From an uncultured bacterium (GTDB lineage: Bacteria; Myxococcota_A; UBA9160; SMWR01), in the NCBI GenBank assembly GCA_937937315.1, contig CALDCK010000210.1:1-52479 (forward strand): a DNA stretch of 52,479 nt, read 5' to 3'. Under the pieces are notes generated by a model. The model saw only the letters and a list, made by a program, of their open reading frames with translations. It ran no database searches and was not told the origin of the DNA. Each line of letters starts with the position of its first letter. Positions within the stretch are counted from its first letter, which is position 1. The translations under genes and the position numbers were made by a program. This document shows positions 1-9,800 of this stretch, piece after piece.

Positions 1-627
1 GTGGCCATACCACCACTGGATGTTGGCGTCGTAGACTCCCGCATAGACCGAGTAGGACTTCATCCAGGACACCGGCCAGGCGGCGCTGTTCACCAGGTGG
101 AGCATCGCGATCGTGATGACGGTGGCGATCCAGAACCAGATCGCCGCATACATGCTCTTCTCGCGTCGCTTGGCGAGGGTTCCGAACACGTTGATCGCGT
201 AGACGACCCACACCACGGTGATGGCGATGTCGATCGGCCACTCGAGCTCCGCGTACTCCTTCGCGGTGGAGTGGCCCAGGAGCAGCGAGACTGCGGCGGC
301 GACGATGATCGCGTTCCAGCCCCAGAGATTGATGCGCGACAGCGTGTCCGAGAACATGCGCACCCGGCACAGGCGCTGGATCCCGTAGTAGGTACCGGCG
401 AAGACCACGCCCAGGGTAAAGCCGAAGATCACCGCGTTCGTGTGCACGGGCCGGACGCGGCCGAAGTGGAGGTAGGGCCCCCAGTTCGCCTCGGGCCAGG
501 CCAGCTGGATGGCGGCCAGCAGGCCCACGAGCATGCCGACTCCACCCCAGAGGAGGGAGGAGATGGCAAACCCGCGCACCACGGCCATGTCGTAGGTCGC
601 CGCGCCGGAGTCGCTTCGTTGGGACAA
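1..627 (-). CDS. ccoN: cbb3-type cytochrome c oxidase subunit I (CcoN), N-terminal part; the gene runs off the left edge
   Basis: Reverse-strand translation reads ..ATYDMAVVRGFAISSLLWGGVGMLVGLLAAIQLAWPE..FGRVRPVHTNAVIFGF..KEYAELEWPIDI..YDANIQWWYGH, collinear with CcoN N-termini. It is absent from the ORF track because it has no in-window stop. The likely start is TTG at 627, with GGAGGA 7 nt upstream. An in-frame ATG at 588 would truncate the conserved YD..VVRGFA segment. Confidence 0.85.
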   Translation of the reverse strand, partial: MSQRSDSGAATYDMAVVRGFAISSLLWGGVGMLVGLLAAIQLAWPEANWGPYLHFGRVRPVHTNAVIFGFTLGVVFAGTYYGIQRLCRVRMFSDTLSRINLWGWNAIIVAAAVSLLLGHSTAKEYAELEWPIDIAITVVWVVYAINVFGTLAKRREKSMYAAIWFWIATVITIAMLHLVNSAAWPVSWMKSYSVYAGVYDANIQWWYGH

Positions 628-675
628 GATGGAATCCTCCGCCCGGCCCCAGGAGCAAGAGGGATGCCGGCTCTC

Positions 676-695
676 GGAAGCGCCTGGAAGCGCCT
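676..695. repeat. Perfect tandem 10-bp duplication GGAAGCGCCT GGAAGCGCCT in the ccoN / PQQ-ADH divergent intergenic region
   Basis: Read directly; coordinates were cross-checked against the codons of shadow ORF 429..722. Confidence 0.9.
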
Positions 696-826
696 AGAGA
701 GCTTCGGAGGGTCCATTTTCACCCCCGAGGGTGAGCGCCTGGGGCGATTCGCCCCAAGAGGCGGCGGCTCCCGTGGGCGGGCCGGAAGGCTACGTTGTGC
801 GCCGCGAATCCGGCCACGAGGAAGCC

Positions 827-3067
827 ATGCGAGACCTCACCCCTTCGCGGCTTCGCCGCGCCGCCGGCTGCGCCCTCGGAACGGCTCTAGCCCTCGCCGC
901 GGTCACGGTGTCCGCCGCTGCGGACGATCCCCCGGTCACCGCACCCGCCGGGGCGGATGGTTCTGCGCCGGTCTCCGCACCCCACGCGGTGGATGGCTCC
1001 GCGCTGGTCGCCGCGATCGACGGGCGGCGTGTCGCGGCCGCCGACGAGGAGCCCGGGAGCTGGCTCGCCCACGGCCGCACCTACGACGAGCAGCGCTTCA
1101 GCCCTCTGAGCGACATCGACCGGGAGAACGTGAGCGAGCTGGGGCTCGCCTGGTCCTACGAGACCGGGACCACCCGCGGGCTCGAGGCCACGCCCATCGT
1201 CATAGACGGCGTGCTCTACGCCACCGGAAACTGGGGAATCGTCTTCGCGCTCGATGCGGCGACCGGTCGAGAGCGATGGCGCTTCGATCCCCAGGTCGCG
1301 GGGCAGAAGGCGCGCGACGCCTGCTGCGACATCGTGAATCGCGGGGTTGCCGTCTGGCAGGGCCGCGTCTACGTGGGCGCCCTCGACGGCCGCCTGATCG
1401 CCCTCGACGCAGCGACGGGAGAGCCCATCTGGCAGGTCCAGACCACGGATCCCTCCCTGCCCTATACGATCACCGGCGCGCCCCGGATCGTGAAGGGTCG
1501 CGTCCTGATCGGGAACGGCGGCGCCGAGTTCGGGGTGCGCGGCTACTTCAGTGCCTACGACGCCGAGACCGGCGAGCTCGAGTGGCGCTTCTACACCGTG
1601 CCCGCCAGCAAGGCAGGCCCCCACGAGCATCCGGAGCTCGCTTTCGCGGCCACGACCTGGCCCGCCAACGCCCTGTGGGAGTCGGGGCTCGGCGGCACGG
1701 TCTGGGACGCGATGGCCTACGACCCGGAGCTCGACCTCCTCTACGTAGGCGTGGGCAACAGTTCGGTCTACGAGCGCAGCACGCGCAGTCCCGGCGGCGG
1801 CGACAACCTCTTCCTCGCCTCGATCCTCGCCCTGAAGCCCGAGAGTGGTCGCCTGGTGTGGCACTACCAGACGACCCCGGGCGAGTCCTGGGATTACACG
1901 GCCACCCAGCACATCGTGCTCGCGGATCTCGAGATCGAGGGACGACTTCGCAAGGTCCTCATGCAGGCCCCGAAGAACGGGTTCTTCTACGTACTCGACC
2001 GGGCCACCGGCGAGCTCCTCTCCGCGGATCCCTACGTCACTACGAGCTGGGCCACCGGGGTCGACCTCGAGACCGGGCGTCCCATCGAGCGTCCCGAGGC
2101 CCAATGGAACGCCGAGGAGCGGATCGTGACGCCCAGCATCCTGGGCGGGCACAACTGGCACCCGATGACCTTCAGCCCGGAGACCGGCTGGGTCTACATC
2201 CCGAGCATCACCGCGGCCTACCTGTTCCGCCCCGATCCGGATTTCCGCTTCACCCCTGGCCGATTCAACACGGCCGAGGACATCCCCGCGCTGATGGCGG
2301 AGTACGAGGGTCTCGAGCGCACGGTCCGCTTCTGCGATCCCACCCACATCACCGCCTGGGACCCGGTCGCGCGCAAGCAGGTCTGGCGTGTGAACCACCG
2401 CACCCCGGTGCCCGGGGGACTCCTCTCCACCGCCGGCGGCCTGCTCTTCCAGGGCCGAGGCGAGGGCACGCTCGTGGCCTACGACGTGCGCAGCGGTGAC
2501 GTGCTCTGGAAGACCTCTACACCCTCCGGCGTGATGGCGCCTCCGATCACCTACCGCGCCGGCGGAGAGCAGTACGTGGCGGTCCTCGCCGGCATCGGCG
2601 GATCTCACGGGGGCCACTTCACCGAGCTGGAGAATGGCAACGAAGGACACGTCCTCGCCTTCAAGCGCGGCGGCGGCGCCCCGATGCCCCCCACCACGCC
2701 GCGACCCACCCGGAGCGTGCAGACGCCGAGCCTGGACCTCAGCGAGGACTCCGTGTCCCGCGGCCGTGACCTCTACGCGGTCCACTGCATGCGCTGCCAC
2801 GGATCGGGCACGAAGGGCAGCGGCCTGCTGCCGGATCTCCGCTACGCGAGCCCGGAGGTCCACGCCTCCTGGAACGAGATCGTCCTGGGAGGCACCCGGC
2901 AGGAACGCGGCATGGCGAGCTTCGCCGACGTGCTGCTCCCCGCCGACGCCGAAGCGATCCACGCCTACGTCGTGGACCGCGCCCACCACGCCTCGGACCT
3001 GGTCGAGCGCGCCGCCGACTGGTTCGGTCGCACCTCCTGCATCCCGGTCACCTGGATGGTGGACTGA
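827..3067 (+). CDS. Secreted PQQ-dependent quinohemoprotein alcohol dehydrogenase (propeller plus C-terminal cytochrome c domain)
   Basis: Track ORF 731..3067. ATG 827 has GAGGA upstream and gives a signal-like MRDLTPSRLRRAAGCALGTALALAAVTVSA. PQQ-ADH motifs include WLAHGRTYDEQRFSPL, GLEATPIVIDGVLY and the vicinal-Cys ACCDIVNRG. A haem c site CMRCHG lies near the C-terminus. Confidence 0.85.
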   Translation: MRDLTPSRLRRAAGCALGTALALAAVTVSAAADDPPVTAPAGADGSAPVSAPHAVDGSALVAAIDGRRVAAADEEPGSWLAHGRTYDEQRFSPLSDIDRENVSELGLAWSYETGTTRGLEATPIVIDGVLYATGNWGIVFALDAATGRERWRFDPQVAGQKARDACCDIVNRGVAVWQGRVYVGALDGRLIALDAATGEPIWQVQTTDPSLPYTITGAPRIVKGRVLIGNGGAEFGVRGYFSAYDAETGELEWRFYTVPASKAGPHEHPELAFAATTWPANALWESGLGGTVWDAMAYDPELDLLYVGVGNSSVYERSTRSPGGGDNLFLASILALKPESGRLVWHYQTTPGESWDYTATQHIVLADLEIEGRLRKVLMQAPKNGFFYVLDRATGELLSADPYVTTSWATGVDLETGRPIERPEAQWNAEERIVTPSILGGHNWHPMTFSPETGWVYIPSITAAYLFRPDPDFRFTPGRFNTAEDIPALMAEYEGLERTVRFCDPTHITAWDPVARKQVWRVNHRTPVPGGLLSTAGGLLFQGRGEGTLVAYDVRSGDVLWKTSTPSGVMAPPITYRAGGEQYVAVLAGIGGSHGGHFTELENGNEGHVLAFKRGGGAPMPPTTPRPTRSVQTPSLDLSEDSVSRGRDLYAVHCMRCHGSGTKGSGLLPDLRYASPEVHASWNEIVLGGTRQERGMASFADVLLPADAEAIHAYVVDRAHHASDLVERAADWFGRTSCIPVTWMVD

Positions 3068-3128
3068 GACGGGGGCCCGGCGCCGCCCGGCCACTCAGGA
3101 CGGCGACGGAGCGCTATCTTTCGGAATC

Positions 3129-6100
3129 GTGCCGATCGACACGGCCGGCCATCGGGCGGGACCGGGAGACTTCTTCCTGCCCCGCACCGAGCGCTACGAG
3201 ATTCGCGACCGCCTCGGAATCGGGTCGCTGGGCGCGGTCTTTCGCGCACTCGACCGGGAGACCGGGCGCGAGGTCGCGCTGAAGACGCTGATCACCCGCG
3301 ACCCGGATGATCTCTATCTCCTGAAGCGCGAATTTCGCGCCCTCGCCGACATCTCCCATCCGAACCTCGTGCAGCTCTACGACCTCGAGGCCGACGGCGA
3401 GCAGTGCTTCTTCACGATGCAGCTCGTGCGGGGAACCGATCTCCTCGAGCACCTCTGCGGATCCGGACCGCGCCCTGCGAGAGACTACGAGCGGCTTCGG
3501 CGCTGCTTCGAGCAGCTGGCCGCGGGACTCGACGCGCTGCACGGACTGGGGAAGCTGCACCGCGACGTGAAGCCGCAGAACGTTCTGGTCGACGAGGACG
3601 GGCAGGTCATCCTCCTCGACTTCGGCCTCGTGATCGGGATGGACAGCGCCCTCTCGATCGCCAGCCAGCGCGACGGGTTCGCCGGGACCCTCCTCTACAC
3701 CTCGCCGGAGCAGGCCTGGGGCAACCCGATCTCGCCGGCAGCGGACTGGTACAGCGCCGGCGTCATGCTCTACGAGTGCTTGACCGGGCAGGCGCCCTTC
3801 GACGGGCCCGGTCTCGGCGCTCTGCTCGACCGCCAGCACCGGGCGCCCGAGCCCCCCCGAGCCCGGGTCCCGTCCATCCCGGAAGACCTGGACCTACTGA
3901 CCCTCGACCTGCTTCGCTACGAGCCCGACACCCGTCCCGGGTTCGACGAGATCGTGAAGCGCCTCGGAGGCGCCGACCTCCCGCCCGCCCCCGACGCGCC
4001 CCGGCGGCTCCCGGATCGGGGGATCGTCGGTCGCGAGGTGGAGCTCCGAAAGCTTCGGGAGGCCATGGATGCCGCCCGCACCGGATCCGGGGCCTGTATC
4101 CGGGTGGAAGGACCGTCGGGCATCGGGAAGTCCGCCCTGGTGGAGCACTTCCTCACCGCCCTCGAACGCGACCACGACGGCGTGGTCCTGCGTGCCCGCT
4201 GTCATCCCAACGAGTCGGTCCGCTTCGAGGCAGTGGATGGGCTGGTCGACGACCTCAGTCGCTTCCTGAGCCGCCTGCCCGAGGAAGAGCTCGAAGCCGT
4301 CCGGCCGCGGGGTCTCAGGGCCCTGCTGCGGATGTTCCCCGTCCTCGGCCGTGTCCCCTTCGCGGACCTCGAGGACGCGCCGGATCTGGCCGACGTCGAC
4401 CCCGGCGAGATCCGGCGGCGCGGCTTCGGTGCGCTCCGCGAGCTGCTGGCGCGCATCGCCGACCGTCGCCCCCTCGCCCTCTGGAGCGACGATCTCCACT
4501 GGGGCGATCTCGACAGCGCCGACTTCCTGCGATCTCTACTGCGACCGCCCGATCCTCCGCCGCTGCTGATGATCCTCTCCTATCGCAGCGACGACCGCAG
4601 GCAGAGCCCGCTCCTGAGAGCGCTCGACGAGGAGCCCGAAGCGGATCGTGCGAATCTCCTCGAGGTCGGCCCCCTGTCGCCGGACGAAGCCCGGGAGCTC
4701 GTAGGCGACCTCCTGCCCCTTGCACCGCCGATGGCGATCGACCGCATTCGCGCCCTGGTCCAGGAAGCGGGCGGCTCCCCCTTCTTCATCGGGGAGCTGG
4801 CCCGCTTCGCCAACCAGCCGACGGCGACGGGTGATGCACCGGGTGATCTCGGCGCCGTCATTCGTGCGCGCCTGGAGGCGCTTCCGAGCGAAGCGCTGGA
4901 GATCCTCGAGCTGGTCGCCGTATCGGGCGCGCCCATCGACACCCAGCTCGTCCTCGAGCTCTCGGGAGTCGCCGGCCGCGGACGACCGAGGGTCTACGAG
5001 CTCTGCAACGGATCGCTATTGCGCGCGAGCTCGTCGGGGCGGGAAGTCGAGACGTATCACGGCCGGATTCGCGACGCGATTCTCGACGGCCTCGACGATC
5101 CAGACCGAAGAAGACGCCACCGTCAGCTCGCCGACGGTCTGGCGGAACGACCCGAGACGAGAGCGGCGACGCTGTTGGAGCACACCCTCGGCGCCGGTGA
5201 CGAGGCCGGCGCAGTTCCGATCGCCCGGGCCGCCGCGGAGGAAGCAGACCGGGGCCTCGCCTTCGACCGGGCCGCCGAGCTCTACGACCTGGCCTGGAAT
5301 CTCGGCGGTTGCCGCGACGACGCCTGGGATCTCCTTTCCCAGCGCGCACGAGTGCTGGCGGCCGCGGGGCGAAGCGCGGCGGCGGCGGATAGCTGGGAAA
5401 CCGCATCCGCGGCGGCGGGGCGGGCCGACGCCGAGGGACACGTGCCCGCCACGCTCCGCGGGCGAGCCGCCGAGCAGCACTTCTACGCCGGGGAGCTGGA
5501 CGAAGGCATGGAAGCCCTGCGCGCAGCCCTGCGCGACCACCGCATCCGCCTTCCCCGCAACCCCGCCGCCGCAACCCGCTCAGCGCTGCGATCGCGGCTC
5601 TACTTCCTGATGCGCGGTGACGGCTTCACGGAGCGCCCGGCGGCGGATCTGCCCGAGGCGACCGTGGCCCGCCTCGACACGCTCCAGGGAGCCGCCCGCG
5701 GCACGTCGATGCTGGACCACACGCTCTCGGACGCCCTCGCCGTTCGGCACCTCCTCGCCGTCCTCGACGCGGGAGAGCCCTCTCGGGTGGTACGCGCCCT
5801 CGGACTCGAGGCGGGGATCGAAGCCAACGCCGGCGGCGCCTGGCTTCGACGGCGCAGCCTCCGCCTCCTCGATCGCATCGACGACCTGGCGAAGCGGACG
5901 GGCGATCCCTTCGATCGAGCCTGGGTAGAGCTCTCGCGATCGGTGGTCGGGTGGTATCACGGCCTCTGGCGCGAGTGCGTCGAGCGCTGCGACCGAGCCG
6001 TCTCCCTCATGCGCGCCGAGTGCATCGGCATCAGCTGGGACCTCGCGGCGAACCGGGCCTTCGCGCTCTCGGCCCTCGTCCAGCTGGGGCGAATCCGCGA

Positions 6101-6818
6101 GCTGGCCGAGCGCCTGCCCGCGCTGCTCGACGAGGCGCGCGAGCGGGGAGACCACTACGCCCTCGGGATCTACCTCACCGGCGACAGCGTCTTCGTTCCC
6201 CTCGCCGCCGACGATCCGGACCGCGCCCGTCAGGACCTCGAGCACATCGACCACACCTGGCAGAACGGTCTCTTCACGTCCCAGCACTTCCGGGGCTTCT
6301 ACAGCGCCGTCCACATCGCGCTCTACGAAGACGAGGCGGAGACCGCGTGGCAGCGCGTCGAGCACGACTGGAGAGCCCTGCGCGATGCGGGCTTCCTACG
6401 CCTCGACTGTGTGGGCAACGGGCTGCGGCATCTGCGAGCGCGAGCCGCGCTGGCTGCAGCGGCTCGGGGGGCGGGTCCGACCGAGCGCCTGGCACGGGTC
6501 GCCGAGGGCGAGCGCCGGCACATCGCGCGCTCCAGCCTGCCCCACGCCAGCGCGAACGCTGCAGCCATCGCCGCCGGCATCGCCAGCCTTCGCGGCGATC
6601 TCGCGGCCTGCAAGCGGGAGCTCGCCGCAGCAGCCGACGCATACGACGCCGCGGAGATGGGCCTCTGCGCTCGATCCGCGCGCTGGCAGCTCGCCGTCGC
6701 GACCGGCGACTCCGAAGATGGACGCCGCGCAGCAGAGGAGATGACGGGCGAGGGAATCCTCGATCCCGCCCGCTTCGCGCGCATGGCACTCCCCCTCCCG
6801 GCTACGGGCAGCGCCTGA
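3129..6818 (+). CDS. Ser/Thr protein kinase fused to a P-loop (AAA/STAND-like) NTPase and a ~600-aa helical-repeat C-terminus
   Basis: Frame of track ORF 2634..6818; the part before 3067 overlaps the ADH gene and is Arg/Pro junk. Kinase motifs are GIGSLGAV, VALK, HRDVKPQN, DFG and SPE. Walker A is GPSGIGKSALV. The long Ala/Leu/Arg-rich tail is TPR-like. The start is uncertain; GTG 3129 is the first in-frame start after the ADH stop. Confidence 0.8.
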   Translation: MPIDTAGHRAGPGDFFLPRTERYEIRDRLGIGSLGAVFRALDRETGREVALKTLITRDPDDLYLLKREFRALADISHPNLVQLYDLEADGEQCFFTMQLVRGTDLLEHLCGSGPRPARDYERLRRCFEQLAAGLDALHGLGKLHRDVKPQNVLVDEDGQVILLDFGLVIGMDSALSIASQRDGFAGTLLYTSPEQAWGNPISPAADWYSAGVMLYECLTGQAPFDGPGLGALLDRQHRAPEPPRARVPSIPEDLDLLTLDLLRYEPDTRPGFDEIVKRLGGADLPPAPDAPRRLPDRGIVGREVELRKLREAMDAARTGSGACIRVEGPSGIGKSALVEHFLTALERDHDGVVLRARCHPNESVRFEAVDGLVDDLSRFLSRLPEEELEAVRPRGLRALLRMFPVLGRVPFADLEDAPDLADVDPGEIRRRGFGALRELLARIADRRPLALWSDDLHWGDLDSADFLRSLLRPPDPPPLLMILSYRSDDRRQSPLLRALDEEPEADRANLLEVGPLSPDEARELVGDLLPLAPPMAIDRIRALVQEAGGSPFFIGELARFANQPTATGDAPGDLGAVIRARLEALPSEALEILELVAVSGAPIDTQLVLELSGVAGRGRPRVYELCNGSLLRASSSGREVETYHGRIRDAILDGLDDPDRRRRHRQLADGLAERPETRAATLLEHTLGAGDEAGAVPIARAAAEEADRGLAFDRAAELYDLAWNLGGCRDDAWDLLSQRARVLAAAGRSAAAADSWETASAAAGRADAEGHVPATLRGRAAEQHFYAGELDEGMEALRAALRDHRIRLPRNPAAATRSALRSRLYFLMRGDGFTERPAADLPEATVARLDTLQGAARGTSMLDHTLSDALAVRHLLAVLDAGEPSRVVRALGLEAGIEANAGGAWLRRRSLRLLDRIDDLAKRTGDPFDRAWVELSRSVVGWYHGLWRECVERCDRAVSLMRAECIGISWDLAANRAFALSALVQLGRIRELAERLPALLDEARERGDHYALGIYLTGDSVFVPLAADDPDRARQDLEHIDHTWQNGLFTSQHFRGFYSAVHIALYEDEAETAWQRVEHDWRALRDAGFLRLDCVGNGLRHLRARAALAAAARGAGPTERLARVAEGERRHIARSSLPHASANAAAIAAGIASLRGDLAACKRELAAAADAYDAAEMGLCARSARWQLAVATGDSEDGRRAAEEMTGEGILDPARFARMALPLPATGSA

Positions 6819-6840
6819 GCGAGTTCGGCGGACAGCTGGC

Positions 6841-9800
6841 CTAGGAGGGATCGAACTTCAGGAATGCATCGAGCAGGGAGCGCAGGGTCTTCACGAACTC
6901 GTCGCCCTCGGTGAAGCCAAGCTCCTCGTCGAGCCGTCCCAGGACGTGGCCCCAGAGCTTGCTGATCTGCCCGGGGAACTCGTCCTTCATCAGGTCCCCG
7001 GGAAGCCCTGCGACCCACTCGCCCAGGCGGAGGATCTCGAAGGCGTGGGGGAGCGGCACACCCCCGGACTTCGTGTCGTACACGGCGCCGTCCAGGCGAC
7101 GAAGGATCGCGAGGTCGTCGAACTCGTGAGCTTCCGGATCCCAGAAATCCGGATAGTCGCCGAAGAAGGTTCCCTGGCCGTTGTAGGTGGGCGGATCGGT
7201 CGGAGGGGCAAGGAGCGCGTGCAGGATCGAAGCGACTGCGTGACGCGCCGACTCATTCGCCGACTCCATGGTCGAGAGTCGGGTGAGAGTCGCCATCTGG
7301 TTGCCCGCCATGAGCCACCGACGACGGGTGAGGTGGTAGTAGATCCTCGATTTCGGGTTCCAGAACAGGTTCATCGGGACCGGGGTGGTTTCGAGCAGGG
7401 AAAGGAGGCCGGGGCGCTCCTTCCAGACCTCCGGCCCGTTGATGAGGAAGGGCGTGGCGTTGCGAACCGGTGTCGCCTCGTCATTCTCCAGCGAGAGCGT
7501 CGCGGATACGGGTCGGATGCGCAGTGAAGAGCCGGACTCGATCCGGAGGCGATGGGTGAGCGAATCCAGCGCCAGGACACTGAGCATCGTGTCGGGGGAC
7601 GCGAAATCCACGTGCAGCCGGGCGCCCTCGACCGCGCGGGCGATGGCGCCGGGAACGTGATCGTTGATGCCGTCCACGAAAGCATCGCGGATCTCGTCCT
7701 CGCTCTCTCCGGACGGCGTCATCTCGATCACTGGCGTGCTCCCGATCCGAATCCGGTAGGGGACCGGCGCGACACCGGCCACACGGATCACCGCCGACGC
7801 ACCCCACGCCGATGCGGCCACGAGCAGGCGGTGCGCCGGGCCGTCACCGGTGTTCACGGGCAGCGGAGCCGCCAGGAATGGGCGCGGGCCGGCGTCGATC
7901 TTCGCCGCGAGCAGGCGCGGAACGTCGCTCGCATCCTCGCCGCTCGTCAGAGTGATCGCGTAGGTCTGCCCCTCGATCGCCAGGGCATGGTCCGCAGCGC
8001 CTTCATCCGCGACACCCACCACCGCGCCGTCGGGGCCGAGCTTTCGCTCACCAACCTCGCCCTCGAACTCGATGGCCTGGTCGAGGTGGTAGTAGGCCGG
8101 GCGTGACAGCTTCCCGGAGAGAACGCCGTCGAGGCCCGCAGTGATCTGCCGCCAGACCTCCTCCGCGAGACCCTGCTTGGACGTATGCCAGGCCGGAGCG
8201 GGCGACCCATCGTCGCGATCGGGTGCTCGGGCGTAGAAGCGACCGATGTCCACGGAGAGCTGGCCGAGGAAGGCACTCCTGCGCGACATGCGCTCGCGCC
8301 AGTAGGCGACCTGAGAGATCGAGGACAGGCCCCAGGGCGCCCGCGGATAGTAGGTGTGGCCGCGCCCGATCCGGACCTGGTGGCTGAAGTAGTACTGGAT
8401 GCCAGACAGGTCGCGGAGCGGATACCTGGCGGGAGTGGGGCGACCGAGGACATCCCGCACGAGCGGGAGCTCGACACCGGCATCGGTGCGACGAGCCGTG
8501 GCCTTCTCGAAGCCCATCATCTGCGCAAAGCAGCCGTCGAGCTGCTGCGGCGAGTCGAGGGCGGCACCGTCCTCGTGAGCCTGCCAGACCAGACGCGATA
8601 CCTCGTCGAAGGGCAGGGCCATGACGTAGAAGTCCGGGCCGCCGCCCGCGCTGGACGGGCTCGGGTCTCCGCCTCCCGGATCGATCTCCACGTAGACCTC
8701 GTCGGGAATCTCCGGCGACGCACCGACGATGCCGACTGCCGGATCGTCGGTAACGATCCGTAGTGAGTCGCCGCGCAGAACGTCGAGCTGTGGAAACGCC
8801 TCTCGATCGACGCGCAGGTCCACACCGCGGCCGACACGGCCCCGCCAGCGCTTAACGTCCACGTGAACGATCTCTCCCTCGGCCTCGCTGGCGAGGCGGA
8901 TCCCCGTCTCGCCGGCTCGGTTCGGCTGGAGATGGCGCACGCGATCGGCGATCTCCACGAGCAGCCGATCGCGAATGTCCTCCGTCGAAAGCGGCGCTTC
9001 CTCCTCCTCCACCTCGATCTCGACTCTCCTCCCGTCGATCTCGGCGCCGTACCGCCCCGCGGCCCGGCTCCGGATCCAGAGCAGGGCCTCCCCCGGACGG
9101 GGGGAGACGAGGAAGGAGCCCCGAAGCACCTGCACCGCGACATCCTCGAGCGGCTCCCTTGCGGAGAGCAGGCTGAGATCCGGGCCGATCGGAACCTCGA
9201 GGCCGAAGAGCTGTATGCGCAGGTCGATGGCGGGACGCCGGATCCGCAGCAGGACGTCGTCTTCCGTGTGCCGCGGCGTGAGCCGCATCCGGCCTGCCCG
9301 GAGGTCTGCCTCACTCATCTGGACCGCGATCCCCAGATCCAGGTCCTCATCGATCTGCCTTGCCAGCCGCTTCGTCGCCTCCGCGAGGGAAACCCCTGCT
9401 TCGAGGGCCATCGAAGTTCGCAGGCCGTTGAGCTCGAGCTCGAGCGTACCCGGGTCGACGAGGATGATCTGGAGCGACGCGTCGCCACAATCATGGGTCT
9501 TCCGCGTCACGATCGGCAGCAGCTCGTCGCCGTGCCACTCGAGCTTCGAGAGCTCGCCGACGAAGAAGCGCACGCCCTGGCGCTGGAGGTAGCGCTTCCA
9601 GTGCCCTAGCCAGGCCTCGGAAGTCGGTCCGTTCAGCGTGCGATTCGCTTCGGACCCGTCTCGCATGACGTCGGTGAGGAGCTGGGCATAAACGGCGCCC
9701 TGGGTGCGCGCATCGGTCTCGTCGGCGCCCATCGCCACCAACGCCTCGGGCGTGGTGCGAAGGAGGTCGGCCATCTCGGCAGAATAGTGATAGCGAGCGT

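Noticed and set aside
628-826. Expected FNR/Anr box upstream of ccoN
   Set aside because: No TTGAT-N4-ATCAA-like sequence was found in the intergenic region. Only the tandem 10-mer is notable.
1-2499. 832-aa plus-strand ORF spanning the ccoN and PQQ-ADH regions. Similar very long ORFs occur at 887..3094 (-), 16884..18722 (-), 21318..24662 (-), 34725..36818 (+), 40118..42361 (+), 45772..47652 (-) and 26957..29365 (+).
   Set aside because: Their translations are Arg/Pro/Gly/Ala-rich low-complexity sequence with no motifs. They run antisense or out of frame to genes with clear family signatures. Open shadow frames of this kind are expected at about 70% GC.
2634-3128. The annotated start of the kinase ORF at 2634
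   Set aside because: This segment overlaps the 3' end of the PQQ-ADH gene, which has the cytochrome c domain in another frame, and it translates to Arg/Pro/Thr-rich junk. The kinase most likely starts after the ADH stop.
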